Shown here one piece after another: positions 20,838-31,312 of a stretch of 64,000 nt of DNA. The translations under genes and the position numbers were made by a program. Within the stretch, counting starts at the first letter, position 1; each line of letters opens with the position of its first letter. The notes below the pieces were generated by a model. That model did no database searches. It was not told the DNA's origin and saw nothing but the letters and a program-made list of their open reading frames with translations. Source of the stretch: Candidatus Kapaibacteriota bacterium (GTDB lineage Bacteria; Bacteroidota; Ignavibacteria; Kapaibacteriales; Kapaibacteriaceae); the NCBI GenBank assembly GCA_046595995.1, contig JBKJNB010000072.1, positions 10,786 to 74,785 of the forward strand, written 5' to 3'.

Positions 20838-22469
20838 ATGTACAGAACATATGTACTGCCATTAGCAGTCGTTTATACCCTGTTAACGCTCATTGCTTGC
20901 AGTCCGTCGGTCGTCAAACGCAGCGCGTTGGCGTGCCCCCCTCCGCCCCCGCCACCTGCATGCAGTCCTGGCTCTTATAGCACCGTGAAGTACGATACTT
21001 CAAGCGCCCGTTTTCCTCATTGGAGCATTGCACGTGTGCAAGGCGCTTCGAGCGAACGCACGCACGAATGGGGCCTGATACCAGTAGATGCACAACGCGA
21101 CCTGTTACTTATGGGTTCTGACGCTTCCGATACACACTACAAGCCGGTGACGCGCACAAAGACGTACCGCGTCGAAGAACCTAAATCACGGATGACAGCC
21201 AATGGCCTTTTGCTAACACACGTGCAGGCGGGCAATGTCATGGGCGATGCGTCGCTGGTGAACATGTCGTTTAGCGAAGACGTGCCTGTGAGAATGGAAG
21301 CACTTCCGGAACCTTACAACGCACCAGTGTTCTGGGACGGACATCCCGCGGTTTCGAGCAGCGGCAAGGTCGTTGTGTTTGCTAGTGACCGTGTTGATGC
21401 ACTTGGCGGTACAGACCTATGGTGGTACATCAACACGCCGACGGGTATGAGTGCGCCGAAACGACTCGGCATTGAAGTGAACACACCATGCGATGAGCTC
21501 TCACCGCGTTTTGGTCCGGGCGATTCGGTGTTATTGTTCTCGTCTGCCGGACACAACACAAAGGGTGGATACGATCTCTTCAGTGCACCAATCATGCGAT
21601 TGCCGTCTGTGGCGAGTGGCACATTCTTGCTCGCGAATGCAGAAAACATCGGGCTTCCGGTAAACACTCCCGCCGATGAGCTCTTTCCGTTCATGTCCGA
21701 TAACGAAACACTGTACTACGGCTCCAACCAGGAGTCGACTTCAGATTTCGACGTGTACGTACTACATAAACTCGAGATACCAGCGGCTCCGCCAACGCCG
21801 CAGCCGAAGGCAACGATAACCGGACGTGTTGTGAACCAGCAGACAAACGAACCCATTCGCGATGCACAGGTCACTGCTCGTGATGACTCGACAAAACAGA
21901 TCGTAGACGAAACGCGCACCGATACATCGGGTACGTACACACTACGCGTGCCTGTAGACAGACCAATCGAAGTCTCTGCGCAAACACCCGATTTATTCTT
22001 CGACAGTTATATCCTACAGATACCAAAGCGCGACAGCAATCTTGTCGTACGGCGCGATGCTGCCCTGGAAATTCCGATCTCCTTCTTCCTGCGCGTGAAT
22101 TTTCCTACAAATGTTTATAAAGACCCTTATCAGAAGACCCTTGACTCGAATGGCGTGGATACGGAACAGGATTGGACTTCGGCCATTGATCTTGTTGCAG
22201 CAAATGTTCGACAGGCAGGGGGCGCGCTAAAGCGCATGGTGCTGATTGGTCATACAGACGATGTTGATACAGAGGAAAGCAACCTACTGCTTGGTAAGAA
22301 CCGAGTAACGTTTGTTATTAATGAGCTTGTGAAGCGCAACGTGCCGTCTGAACTTTTAGAGGGACGTAGCGCTGGCGAACGTCTGACGCTCGACAAACGC
22401 AAAGGCGAAAGCATCGAGCAATGGCGTAAGCGATGCCGTCGCGTTGAACTTGTGAAGGTGATGCGTTGA
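20838..22469 (+). CDS. PorE-like lipoprotein: PD40 repeats, carboxypeptidase-regulatory-like domain, OmpA C-terminal domain
   Basis: Lipobox LIAC from ATG 20838; FASDR..GGTDLW, VNTP.DE..P and FSSAGH..GGYDLF repeats; GHTD...N..L...R and CRRVE OmpA motifs. Confidence 0.85.
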   Translation: MYRTYVLPLAVVYTLLTLIACSPSVVKRSALACPPPPPPPACSPGSYSTVKYDTSSARFPHWSIARVQGASSERTHEWGLIPVDAQRDLLLMGSDASDTHYKPVTRTKTYRVEEPKSRMTANGLLLTHVQAGNVMGDASLVNMSFSEDVPVRMEALPEPYNAPVFWDGHPAVSSSGKVVVFASDRVDALGGTDLWWYINTPTGMSAPKRLGIEVNTPCDELSPRFGPGDSVLLFSSAGHNTKGGYDLFSAPIMRLPSVASGTFLLANAENIGLPVNTPADELFPFMSDNETLYYGSNQESTSDFDVYVLHKLEIPAAPPTPQPKATITGRVVNQQTNEPIRDAQVTARDDSTKQIVDETRTDTSGTYTLRVPVDRPIEVSAQTPDLFFDSYILQIPKRDSNLVVRRDAALEIPISFFLRVNFPTNVYKDPYQKTLDSNGVDTEQDWTSAIDLVAANVRQAGGALKRMVLIGHTDDVDTEESNLLLGKNRVTFVINELVKRNVPSELLEGRSAGERLTLDKRKGESIEQWRKRCRRVELVKVMR

Positions 22470-24637
22470 TAAGCAGAGTTAAGAATATCAAACCACTTCA
22501 GGTACTTCGTACCCTGTTGTACATTACAGTCGGCGTTGCCGTTGTAGTGCTGGTGTTTGTGGCGTTTGTGCTGAGTGATGGTCTACCGACGCTCGAGCAG
22601 CTCGAGAATCCGAAACAGGATTTAGCCACACAAGTATTCAGCGCCGATGGCGTCTTGCTCGAACACTTTGCAACGACGCGTCGCACGTACACCCCCTTCG
22701 ATTCTATTCCGAAGCCCTTCATTAACGCACTCATTGCAACAGAAGACAGAGCGTTCTACGACCACTGGGGTGTGCACACCATGCGCATTTTTAAAGCAGG
22801 GTTAAAGAACGTGTTTGCTCTTCGGACGAAAGAGGGCGCATCAACGATTACGCAACAACTAGCGCGCAATCTGTATTTCACACAGGAACAGACTGTGTCG
22901 CGCAAGGTGCGCGAAGCCTGGACTGCGCTGCAGATAGAACGTACGTATACGAAGAACGAAATCCTCGAGCTGTATTCGAACACCGTGTACTACGGTCGCG
23001 GCGCGTATGGCATACGCGTGGCTTCGCAGGTGTACTTCAACAAAGAACCAATGAAGCTCTCTACGGCGGAGTGCGCATACATGGTTGGCTTGTTCAAGGC
23101 ACCGGAGCGTTATGCGAATGACGACAGCCTGGGTATTGCCAGACGCAACCTAATTCTAGGCATGATGAAAGATGAGGCCCTTTTATCTGAAGCGCAGTGG
23201 GCAAAGTCAACAGCAGAGCCCATAATGCGCGCGAGCGCCTCCACAATGTTTCGTGGCATCGCCCCGCACTTTGCCGAAATGGTTCGCCAGCAGCTAAGTG
23301 TTGGAAGCGAGAAGCTCAAAGGGTACGACCTGTATCGCGACGGCCTCATCATTCACACGACGTTGAATGCACAAATGCAGCGTTATGCAAACGAAGCTGT
23401 AAGCGAACACCTTACACAGTATCAGCAGCTCTTTAATAAGTCGTGGTCATGGAAGGGAAAGTCGCCGCTCCTAAATAGCATCATTGAGCGTGCTGTGTCG
23501 AAAAAGGCCGAATACATTGCTGCAACGCCAGAAAAACGCAAGCAACTTGTCGAACGATATAAGCGCGACAAATCGTTTGTCGACTCGTTAAAGCGTGACG
23601 TCACGACCATACAAATAGGGCTCGTAGTTGAAGACCCACGCACTGGCGGTATTCTCGCATTAGTGGGCGCTTCACCACAGGCGATGAAGTTGAATCCCGC
23701 ATCACGGTATTCGCTTAACCACGCTACGCAAATTCGGCGTCAGCCCGGGTCGTCGTTCAAACCATTTGTTTATGCGTCCGCGCTCGAAGACGGCCTTACG
23801 CCCGAAACCATGATTGAAAGCGGTCCGTTCAGCACAACGCTTGCTTCTGGCGAAATCTGGAACCCGAGAGGATCGAGTAAGCAAGGCGGACCCATGGCGT
23901 TACGTACCGCATTAAAGTTCTCGACAAATACTGTTGCTGCGCGGCTGATTACCGAACACACTACTCCGGGTGCTGTTATCAACCTGTGTCAGCGCCTTGG
24001 CATTCAGTCGCCGATGCGTGCAGTGCCGTCGATTGCACTTGGCTCTGTCGAAGTAACGCCTCTTGAGATGACGTCTGCGTATGCGGCTCTTGCCAACCAG
24101 GGTGTATCGGTTCAGTCTTTTACCATAGCACGAATCGAAGATCGAATGGGCAACGTTTTGTACGAGGCACGTCCGCCGCAAAACGTGAACGACGCCGTTA
24201 GCCCAGAAGTCGCTCGTAATATGATCTCGATGATGCGTGGTGTTGTCGATGGTGGCACGGCGTCGAGCATTCGTAAATTTTTCAAGTATGACGCTGCTGG
24301 CAAAACAGGCACAACTAACGACTTTGCCGATGCATGGTTTGTTGGCTTCACGCCTCAGCTAACTGCAGGTGTGTGGGTCGGTTTCGACGATAGGCGTGTG
24401 ATGTTTCAAGGGGATTATGGGCAAGGGGGCCGCGCGGCTGCGCCGGCATGGGGCCGTCTTATGCAGAAGGTGTACAACGATCCGCAGCTCGGATATCGTC
24501 AGACCACATTCCGGGTCGCAAAAGATTCGTCAGACGTACCAACTCCCGCCGATATCAAGAGTCCGCCCCGCGAGCAAACTGATGACGACTCTTCGACGAC
24601 AACGCCACCTCAACCAACACCTACGACTCCCCCATGA
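22466..24637 (+). CDS. Class A penicillin-binding protein (PBP1A family)
   Basis: TEDRAFYDHWG and GASTITQQLARN (transglycosylase); RQPGSSFKP, STN and GKTGTT (transpeptidase). Confidence 0.95.
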   Translation: MISRVKNIKPLQVLRTLLYITVGVAVVVLVFVAFVLSDGLPTLEQLENPKQDLATQVFSADGVLLEHFATTRRTYTPFDSIPKPFINALIATEDRAFYDHWGVHTMRIFKAGLKNVFALRTKEGASTITQQLARNLYFTQEQTVSRKVREAWTALQIERTYTKNEILELYSNTVYYGRGAYGIRVASQVYFNKEPMKLSTAECAYMVGLFKAPERYANDDSLGIARRNLILGMMKDEALLSEAQWAKSTAEPIMRASASTMFRGIAPHFAEMVRQQLSVGSEKLKGYDLYRDGLIIHTTLNAQMQRYANEAVSEHLTQYQQLFNKSWSWKGKSPLLNSIIERAVSKKAEYIAATPEKRKQLVERYKRDKSFVDSLKRDVTTIQIGLVVEDPRTGGILALVGASPQAMKLNPASRYSLNHATQIRRQPGSSFKPFVYASALEDGLTPETMIESGPFSTTLASGEIWNPRGSSKQGGPMALRTALKFSTNTVAARLITEHTTPGAVINLCQRLGIQSPMRAVPSIALGSVEVTPLEMTSAYAALANQGVSVQSFTIARIEDRMGNVLYEARPPQNVNDAVSPEVARNMISMMRGVVDGGTASSIRKFFKYDAAGKTGTTNDFADAWFVGFTPQLTAGVWVGFDDRRVMFQGDYGQGGRAAAPAWGRLMQKVYNDPQLGYRQTTFRVAKDSSDVPTPADIKSPPREQTDDDSSTTTPPQPTPTTPP

Positions 24638-25278
24638 TGGTAGCGCGCCAACATTGGACGTTTACAGATGGCACAACGCTGCCTATCGGTACGATGTACT
24701 GCATAGGTCGAAACTATGCGGCACATGCACGTGAGATGAACGCCGAAGTATCTGAAAAGCCCCTTGTGTTTCTCAAGCCCCCTGCTGCATACGTGCGTAG
24801 TGGTGGTGTGGTCGTCTTGCCAGCGTGGTCAGATAATATCCATCATGAAGTCGAGATGGTAGTAGTGATGGGTGCGAGTGGTGTTACTGGTATTGGCGTC
24901 GGACTCGATCTTACAGCGCGTGATGTTCAGTCGATTGCAAAGCAGCGTGGTGAGCCCTGGGCTGTTGCGAAAGGGTGGCGCGGATCGGCGCCCGTTTCAG
25001 ACATCGTGCCCGTGGCTGTGGCCGGTAACGGTCCGTGGGAAATCGACCTCACGATTAACGGCGAACAGCGCCAACGCGTATCGACATCGCAGATGGAGCG
25101 GTCGATCGATGCACTCATCGCCTACCTCGATGATGTGTTCTCATTGCAGGAAGGCGATTGTATTTTTACGGGCACTCCGGAAGGGGTTGCTCGTTGTGTT
25201 GCCGGTGACGTTGCGGTGGCGCGACTCTGCGCTGATTCGACGGATGTCCTTGCCTCGCTTACTCTTTCTTTTGTTTAG
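24634..25278 (+). CDS. Fumarylacetoacetate hydrolase family protein (YcgM/FAHD1-like)
   Basis: CIGRNYAAH, FLKP, HHEVE, LDLTARD and IFTGTPEGV motifs. Confidence 0.92.
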   Translation: MMVARQHWTFTDGTTLPIGTMYCIGRNYAAHAREMNAEVSEKPLVFLKPPAAYVRSGGVVVLPAWSDNIHHEVEMVVVMGASGVTGIGVGLDLTARDVQSIAKQRGEPWAVAKGWRGSAPVSDIVPVAVAGNGPWEIDLTINGEQRQRVSTSQMERSIDALIAYLDDVFSLQEGDCIFTGTPEGVARCVAGDVAVARLCADSTDVLASLTLSFV

Positions 25279-25284
25279 GTCAGC

Positions 25285-26688
25285 ATGCAACGTATCGTCT
25301 ACTCTCTTTGTGTTCTCGTTTTACTGTTTGCCCTGATTGGATGCGGCACGTATACCCGCGTCGAGAAGGACATCTACACGATTACCGAGGCCGACACCAC
25401 CGTCGCTGAGCGCGTTACGAATCAGCCGGGTGATCGGGACAACGGCGTTATCTATCCGTCGTCGCGTACTATAACGACCTCGCGTAAGATGATACAGCGT
25501 GATAGCATTGCTGAGCGTACATACCCGAATTTCATTCGTCTCGGCTTGTTCGAAAGTATCGGCACAATTGGTTCAAGCATTAATGGTGCACCGAGTACCA
25601 ACACCGGAATCTTCGGACTGTTTCACGATATCGATGAAACGTTTTTTAATGCGGAGAAAGACACGTCGAAATCGCGGCTTTTCTCTGGTGAGATCTATCG
25701 CATGGGCATTACCGAATGGCGCTTGCGAATCTTCGATGAAGACCCAGGGTGGAGTTGGGGCATTACCGCATTCGAATTTATTCGTCCGGACGACGGCAAT
25801 AACCACACGCTAATGGGTGCTGGAGTTCTTTCACTCAAGAAGCGTTTCTACTTCAAGAACACGATACCGTACTTGGCAATCGCACCATTTTTCTCCGTTG
25901 CAGTTGCGCCGTCTACGTACACGCACTTTGGTGCATCGGCAGACATTGGCAGTATCGGCGGCGTTAACCTTCGCTTGCACGCAGGTGGTGTTTGGGGAGT
26001 GCCTACTGCGTTTGTGTTTAAGAACGCACTCTTCTTTCCTTACGTGGGTCTTGGCATTTCGGTCTTCGATTTCCTGAACAGAGAAGAAGAGTTGAGCGTT
26101 GAATGGAAGTACCACGAGCATTCGGCCTGGGACTTAAGCATTGCTGAGTTGATCGTTGTTTCTGCGAATGTCGACGATGCCTTTCTTAGCCCTAAAGAAC
26201 CTAGTACGTCGAAGCCCATAATCTCGGGGGTTGTAATGCGAGCCCTCTCTGCGACCATTGCTTTGCCGGTGCTGGATTACCGACTTACGCTCGGCACATC
26301 ACTTGCGAGTTTTTTCGGAATCGGACTTACCGAGTTTGCTCTCGGCATTCTCCCATTGCGAGCCAGTTACATCTGGCATCCGTTTCAAACCGATCTTGTT
26401 ATCGAACCATTCGTAGAAGGTGCGTTCGCACCGTCGCGGTATGTGCATGTAGGATTTCGTGCGCAGATGGCGTTAGCCGAAGAAGTGTCGCTAATACTTC
26501 AGGGCGGATTTGTAAATGGCTCAACGGGCTCGAATGCTGCATTCAATACCGACGGTAGACGTCCGAGAGTAATTACCGACGACCCACGTGCGTTCAGTGC
26601 CGTTTACTTCGGCTTTGGCTTGGCAGTCTTTGACCGCATGTTCAGTCGCAAAGATCTTCGATACGGCAAGGGATATCCGCATGAGTAG
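25285..26688 (+). CDS. Lipoprotein with two internally repeated beta-barrel-like domains
   Basis: Lipobox LIGC; repeat pair PFFSVAVAPSTYTHFG...YVGLGISVFD / PFVEGAFAPSRYVHVG...YFGFGLAVFD. Confidence 0.6.
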   Translation: MQRIVYSLCVLVLLFALIGCGTYTRVEKDIYTITEADTTVAERVTNQPGDRDNGVIYPSSRTITTSRKMIQRDSIAERTYPNFIRLGLFESIGTIGSSINGAPSTNTGIFGLFHDIDETFFNAEKDTSKSRLFSGEIYRMGITEWRLRIFDEDPGWSWGITAFEFIRPDDGNNHTLMGAGVLSLKKRFYFKNTIPYLAIAPFFSVAVAPSTYTHFGASADIGSIGGVNLRLHAGGVWGVPTAFVFKNALFFPYVGLGISVFDFLNREEELSVEWKYHEHSAWDLSIAELIVVSANVDDAFLSPKEPSTSKPIISGVVMRALSATIALPVLDYRLTLGTSLASFFGIGLTEFALGILPLRASYIWHPFQTDLVIEPFVEGAFAPSRYVHVGFRAQMALAEEVSLILQGGFVNGSTGSNAAFNTDGRRPRVITDDPRAFSAVYFGFGLAVFDRMFSRKDLRYGKGYPHE

Positions 26689-27262
26689 AATGTATTTGCT
26701 AATTATCGGTGTAGTACTGGGACTCAGCGCCTGCCGCGTTGGAGATCTCTCTACGTTTTCAATGCAGCCAAACACCGGTTGGCCAATCGAAGGTAAGATT
26801 GTTGATAATATTGATGCTGTCGATGTTTATGCAGACAATGCCCTGAGAGTTGCAAGTGGGGGTGCTGTTGCATTCCGTAATCGAAAACTCACCGATGGAG
26901 TGTTGAGCATGCAGCTCACGTTGCAAGCGGGCAACTCCATCACGCTGTACACACGTACAACTCCGCACTCCGATTCTCTTTTGCAAGACCCAGGAATTTC
27001 CGTAGCCATTCGCAACGGCGTCGTTACGGTTAGCCCGATTACGCCTCGTGTCTCTGTGCCAGTTACCATTCAGCCCGATGTACCCTTTGTTGTCGAGATA
27101 AAGAACGATGGACCTTGGATGGACATTACCGTTGCGTGTACGCACATCGGACGCTTTGCAACCGAGCGTCCGTCTACGGAATGGGTAATCCTTCGCAGCA
27201 GCGATCAGGCAAGCTTCACTATGGTCGATCCGACCTTCCGACCTCTGTATTCTGAAGAATGA
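26681..27262 (+). CDS. Hypothetical lipoprotein, beta-sandwich-like
   Basis: ATG 26681 overlaps the upstream gene end; lipobox LSAC; beta-rich mature region. Confidence 0.6.
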   Translation: MSRMYLLIIGVVLGLSACRVGDLSTFSMQPNTGWPIEGKIVDNIDAVDVYADNALRVASGGAVAFRNRKLTDGVLSMQLTLQAGNSITLYTRTTPHSDSLLQDPGISVAIRNGVVTVSPITPRVSVPVTIQPDVPFVVEIKNDGPWMDITVACTHIGRFATERPSTEWVILRSSDQASFTMVDPTFRPLYSEE

Positions 27263-28662
27263 CACAACGCATTACAATTGTCGGAGCTGGTCTTGTGGGT
27301 TGTCTCCTAGGCGCCATGCTGGCGAAGCGCGGCTATCGCGTGGAGATCTTTGAACGCAGGCCAGACATGCGTAGTACAGATATATCGGCTGGACGCTCGA
27401 TTAATCTCGCACTCTCTGATAGGGGGCTGCGTGCATTGCACGCAGCGGGGCTAACCGATGACATAAGCGCTATTGCAATTCCCATGCGTGGTCGTGTAAC
27501 ACATGATATGCTGAGTGCGCAAGCCTTCTACCCGTACGGCGTTGGCGATCAGGCCATTAACAGCGTGTCGCGCGGAGAACTGAACAAAACGTTGCTATCG
27601 TGTGCTGAACGGTATGGCGCTCGTATATCATTCGACATGCGGTGCACAGATGTTCACGTTAACACTGGAAAGGCGGTGTTTCAACAATCGGACTCGCACT
27701 TGCCTGCAGAGTCGGAGTCCGGCATTTTGATTGGAGCCGATGGCGCGTTCTCTGCCGTCCGAGATCACATGCTCAAGACAGACAGATTCGAGTACTCACA
27801 AAGTTTTCTAGAGCATGGCTACAAAGAGCTGCACATTCCGTCAGGACTCGCAGGCGAGTTCTTACTCGATAAGAACGCTCTGCATATCTGGCCACGGCAG
27901 TCGTACATGATGATTGCACTTCCAAATCTGGATGGCAGTTTTACATGCACGCTTTTCTTTCCGCACGAAGGTTCGCCGTCATTTCAAGAGCTGACATCTC
28001 CAGAAAAAGTCCTTGATTTTTTTACGACGCAGTTCCCGGACGCCGTTCCACTTATGCCGACGTTGGTGCAGGACTACTTCTTTAATCCGCAGTCATCGCT
28101 CGTTACGATTCGGTGTTCGCCTTGGACAATTGGTGGAAGCGTGATGCTTATTGGTGATGCTGCTCATGCCATCGTGCCCTTTTATGGTCAGGGTATGAAT
28201 GCTGGCTTCGAGGATTGCCGTATTCTACTCGAGTGCCTGGATACATCGAACGATGATTGGCCAGCCGCTATGTCGATGTATGAAAGCCTTCGTAAACCTG
28301 CAGCAGATGCTATCGCGGATTTAGCGGTAGACAACTTTGTAGAGATGCGCGATAAGGTTGCGGATCCGGATTTTCTGTTGCGCAAAAAAATTGAGTCGTT
28401 TCTGTTTACGACCTATCCAAAGAAGTTCGTACCACTGTACACGATGGTTACGTTTTCGTCGGACGTGCCATACAACGAAGCACAACGTGTAAGTAAAGAC
28501 CAAACACTTCTTATGGATTCGTTATTGCGTATTCCGTCGGTAGTTGCCGATTGGACATCAGAGGAAGCAAAGAAAGACATTGACGCGATTATGTCGAATC
28601 GTAGTCCGATCGTCTTCGCGTCGGGTTCGCCTACTTTCTTCGCGTCGGGTTCGCCTACTTAA
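27259..28662 (+). CDS. kmo: Kynurenine 3-monooxygenase (FAD-dependent)
   Basis: GAGLVG, GRSINLALS.RG, YKELHIP, ALHIWPR, ALPNLDGSFTCTLF, GDAAHAIVPFYGQGMNAGFED and NFVEMRD motifs. Confidence 0.93.
   Translation: MTQRITIVGAGLVGCLLGAMLAKRGYRVEIFERRPDMRSTDISAGRSINLALSDRGLRALHAAGLTDDISAIAIPMRGRVTHDMLSAQAFYPYGVGDQAINSVSRGELNKTLLSCAERYGARISFDMRCTDVHVNTGKAVFQQSDSHLPAESESGILIGADGAFSAVRDHMLKTDRFEYSQSFLEHGYKELHIPSGLAGEFLLDKNALHIWPRQSYMMIALPNLDGSFTCTLFFPHEGSPSFQELTSPEKVLDFFTTQFPDAVPLMPTLVQDYFFNPQSSLVTIRCSPWTIGGSVMLIGDAAHAIVPFYGQGMNAGFEDCRILLECLDTSNDDWPAAMSMYESLRKPAADAIADLAVDNFVEMRDKVADPDFLLRKKIESFLFTTYPKKFVPLYTMVTFSSDVPYNEAQRVSKDQTLLMDSLLRIPSVVADWTSEEAKKDIDAIMSNRSPIVFASGSPTFFASGSPT
28613..28660. repeat. 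Perfect 24-bp tandem duplication at a convergent gene junction
   Basis: TCTTCGCGTCGGGTTCGCCTACTT x2; gives KMO the C-terminus FASGSPT-FFASGSPT. Confidence 0.95.
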
Positions 28663-31222
28663 TAACGGCAAGCGGAAAGGCCTGAGACTTGGCAGGCGAA
28701 TTAAACACCACGACGTATGTGCCGCTTTCCCACTCATCGACAGGAATTTTGAGCGGAACTATGCGCGTAGTGTTTTCGACATGATAGTCGGTGTACCTGA
28801 ACACACTACGTCCTTCAACATCGTAAATGCTAACGACGTACTCCCCACGCAATGTCATCTCTATATCGATTGTGACGTTGTCTGAAGCAGGGTTCGGATG
28901 CAGCCGTGCGGCTGGCATATCAACAAAACGCACCATGCGCACGTCAGAGGCGCAAGCACCTATAACGGTAATCGTGCCGGGCGTTACGGTTGTGATTGGA
29001 TCGCGAGAAGCAACGACCCACGTAAGATTGGAGATATCGATAGGCACTTCGGCAAGGCCGGAGTTGAGAACGGTACCTTCGAGTACAGTAAGAACTTCCT
29101 CATTTGCGCGGATGTACACCGAATCGAGCTCGATTGTAAGGGTGCGAGTATTATTCACGAAGTCGAGTAGATCACGCAATCGTCTTCCACGAGATAGAGC
29201 CGTTGGCGCAAACCCTCGGCTATCCATCGTGAGATCGAACTGCAGCGTGACATTATCGAGACGCGTACTGTCCTGAAGCATTCGCATCGTAATGGGCACT
29301 TTAACGCCCAATGCACCTACGCGTGCTGTCGAACTTCCCACAGTAAAGTTGGTGTAAACGGGATTCACCTTCGAGCGTATGATTGCAAATGCTGAGTCTA
29401 CGCACGGGGATTGGATGCTTACGCGGAGAGTCTCTTGTAGCTCCCCTTCGACTACGGCAATTAGAGATACGACGATGTCGAGGCTTGCACCTGGTGGTAA
29501 CACGACAGGAAATCCTGGACTAACAACTGTGAATGGCGCTGGTACCGATATGGCGCTTATTACTGTGTACTCATCGTCTGTATTCACATAACGAATGCTA
29601 CGGAAGTACTCTACGCTGAGATCGCTCGAACCAAAGTCTGCCGAAGCATCCATTTGAAACTGCGTCGGGTCTACGACTACGTTGATGTTGTCTATTCGAT
29701 GAACGCATCCAATACTGTCTACAGCATCCACGTAATACGTACCCGCTGCAGAAATCGATGTAATACGGTTCGTGTCGCCAGTGCTCCAACGATATGATAC
29801 GAAGCCTGTCTTCGCCCACAGTGTTGCAACACCAACCGGACAAATTGTACTGTCTCCGCCTGCTTCGAGTACATAGCGTATTGGGTCTGCCCATGTAAAT
29901 TTGTTCAAGACTACTCCGGGTTCGCCAGACGTAGATCCACGAGCTTTTAAGTAGCCATCGTTTTTGGGTTCGAGGTGTGTTCCACTAATGCCGGCGGTAA
30001 CATCTGTGGTGATGTTGGCACGCGACTTCGGAAGGACCACAAGGCCACCGCCGCCGCCGCCGCCAGGACCGGATGACTGATACACAATATCGCGAGGTTG
30101 CGGGTTCTGAATTAGGGTGCCAATACTTCCACCAAAACCACCGCGTGCATTTGCCAGCAACGGGCCAGTAACGAGGTCGGTTTCTATGTATACAGTTCCG
30201 CCTGCTCCACCGCCGCCTGCTCCGTCCCACCCTGCGATCTTTCTGACATTACCACCGTTTGCACTCACGACGCGGCCGTTTGGAACGATTCTTTTCGCTC
30301 GGATGATTACCATGCCACCGCCGCTAGAGCCCGCCGTTGCTTCGAATGAGTGTCGGTTTTCATGACCACCACCACCACCACCACCTAGAAAGAGTCGCTG
30401 TAGTAGAACAGTCTGATCCGCGAGTTGACGTCCGCCCCAGCCACCAACTTCGAGGATATTACATCTACTGGCGTGTCCACCCATACCACCACTGCCACCA
30501 TTACCACCACCGCCACCGCCAGCGTTATTGCCATTACCGCCGCCACCGCCAGAGAGTAGCTTGCCCCGAGCAGCTAACTGATCTTGATTAACAACACTCT
30601 CGCCTTTGGCGCCTGCATGCCCGACTGAGTACGGACTGTACCAAGCAGTGAAATTGCATGAGTTCGGCTTGCTGCCACCCTGAAAACCTCCGTGGAACCC
30701 TAACGAGTCGGCATTGATGTTTGCATTAAGCGTTAAGGTGCCAGCAACTTCGAAAGCGATTACGCCGCCTACTTTGCCGTTCCAACCTTTTGCCGTGATG
30801 TCCGACGTCACAACAGCGTCGGAGTACACCGGAACGCGAATCATTTGCACGCGATGTTGAGACTGATATCGATGGACAAATTTCGAGGCGAACTCAACGG
30901 TCGTACCGCGAATGTCCTTGACGAGCATAAACTCTAGGCAACCTGCAGCTTCTAGAGACACGAGGTCTCCGTACGTGCTGTCGTTGGCTTCGATGATGAG
31001 GGCGCCCTTCATCTGAAGAATAAGAACCTTGTCACCGATGTTCAGACCCTGCGGATCGGTAATCACGACGGCACTATCACAGTCAACAACGGTGGTCACC
31101 TCATAGTACGAGTTGATGATGCCACCAATCTGCGTCTGAGTATGAGCAGTTGTCGCCAATGCCGCGGTAAATGCCACAAGGACCAAGGTTCTCACGAGCC
31201 AAGGTTGTTGCACGGTACACAT
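28655..31222 (-). CDS. T9SS type A cargo with glycine-rich domain, ASH-like and cohesin-like modules
   Basis: Likely start ATG 31222 (signal peptide ...AHT-Q); multiple GGGGG(G/A) tracts; C-terminal LHPNP...IYDVEGR...SGTYVV sorting domain. Confidence 0.8.
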   Translation of the reverse strand: MCTVQQPWLVRTLVLVAFTAALATTAHTQTQIGGIINSYYEVTTVVDCDSAVVITDPQGLNIGDKVLILQMKGALIIEANDSTYGDLVSLEAAGCLEFMLVKDIRGTTVEFASKFVHRYQSQHRVQMIRVPVYSDAVVTSDITAKGWNGKVGGVIAFEVAGTLTLNANINADSLGFHGGFQGGSKPNSCNFTAWYSPYSVGHAGAKGESVVNQDQLAARGKLLSGGGGGNGNNAGGGGGGNGGSGGMGGHASRCNILEVGGWGGRQLADQTVLLQRLFLGGGGGGGHENRHSFEATAGSSGGGMVIIRAKRIVPNGRVVSANGGNVRKIAGWDGAGGGGAGGTVYIETDLVTGPLLANARGGFGGSIGTLIQNPQPRDIVYQSSGPGGGGGGGLVVLPKSRANITTDVTAGISGTHLEPKNDGYLKARGSTSGEPGVVLNKFTWADPIRYVLEAGGDSTICPVGVATLWAKTGFVSYRWSTGDTNRITSISAAGTYYVDAVDSIGCVHRIDNINVVVDPTQFQMDASADFGSSDLSVEYFRSIRYVNTDDEYTVISAISVPAPFTVVSPGFPVVLPPGASLDIVVSLIAVVEGELQETLRVSIQSPCVDSAFAIIRSKVNPVYTNFTVGSSTARVGALGVKVPITMRMLQDSTRLDNVTLQFDLTMDSRGFAPTALSRGRRLRDLLDFVNNTRTLTIELDSVYIRANEEVLTVLEGTVLNSGLAEVPIDISNLTWVVASRDPITTVTPGTITVIGACASDVRMVRFVDMPAARLHPNPASDNVTIDIEMTLRGEYVVSIYDVEGRSVFRYTDYHVENTTRIVPLKIPVDEWESGTYVVVFNSPAKSQAFPLAVIK

Positions 31223-31312
31223 GAGTCGAGTCACAAAGTTCAAGAAGACTATTCGCTGTAATGTAACAAACTGCCCCCAAGTCATCTGAGGTACGGCTTG
31301 CAATGTTTATGC

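Noticed and set aside
27259-28662. Eukaryote-like kynurenine monooxygenase as a horizontal-transfer novelty
   Set aside because: The kynurenine route is well known in Bacteroidota-related bacteria
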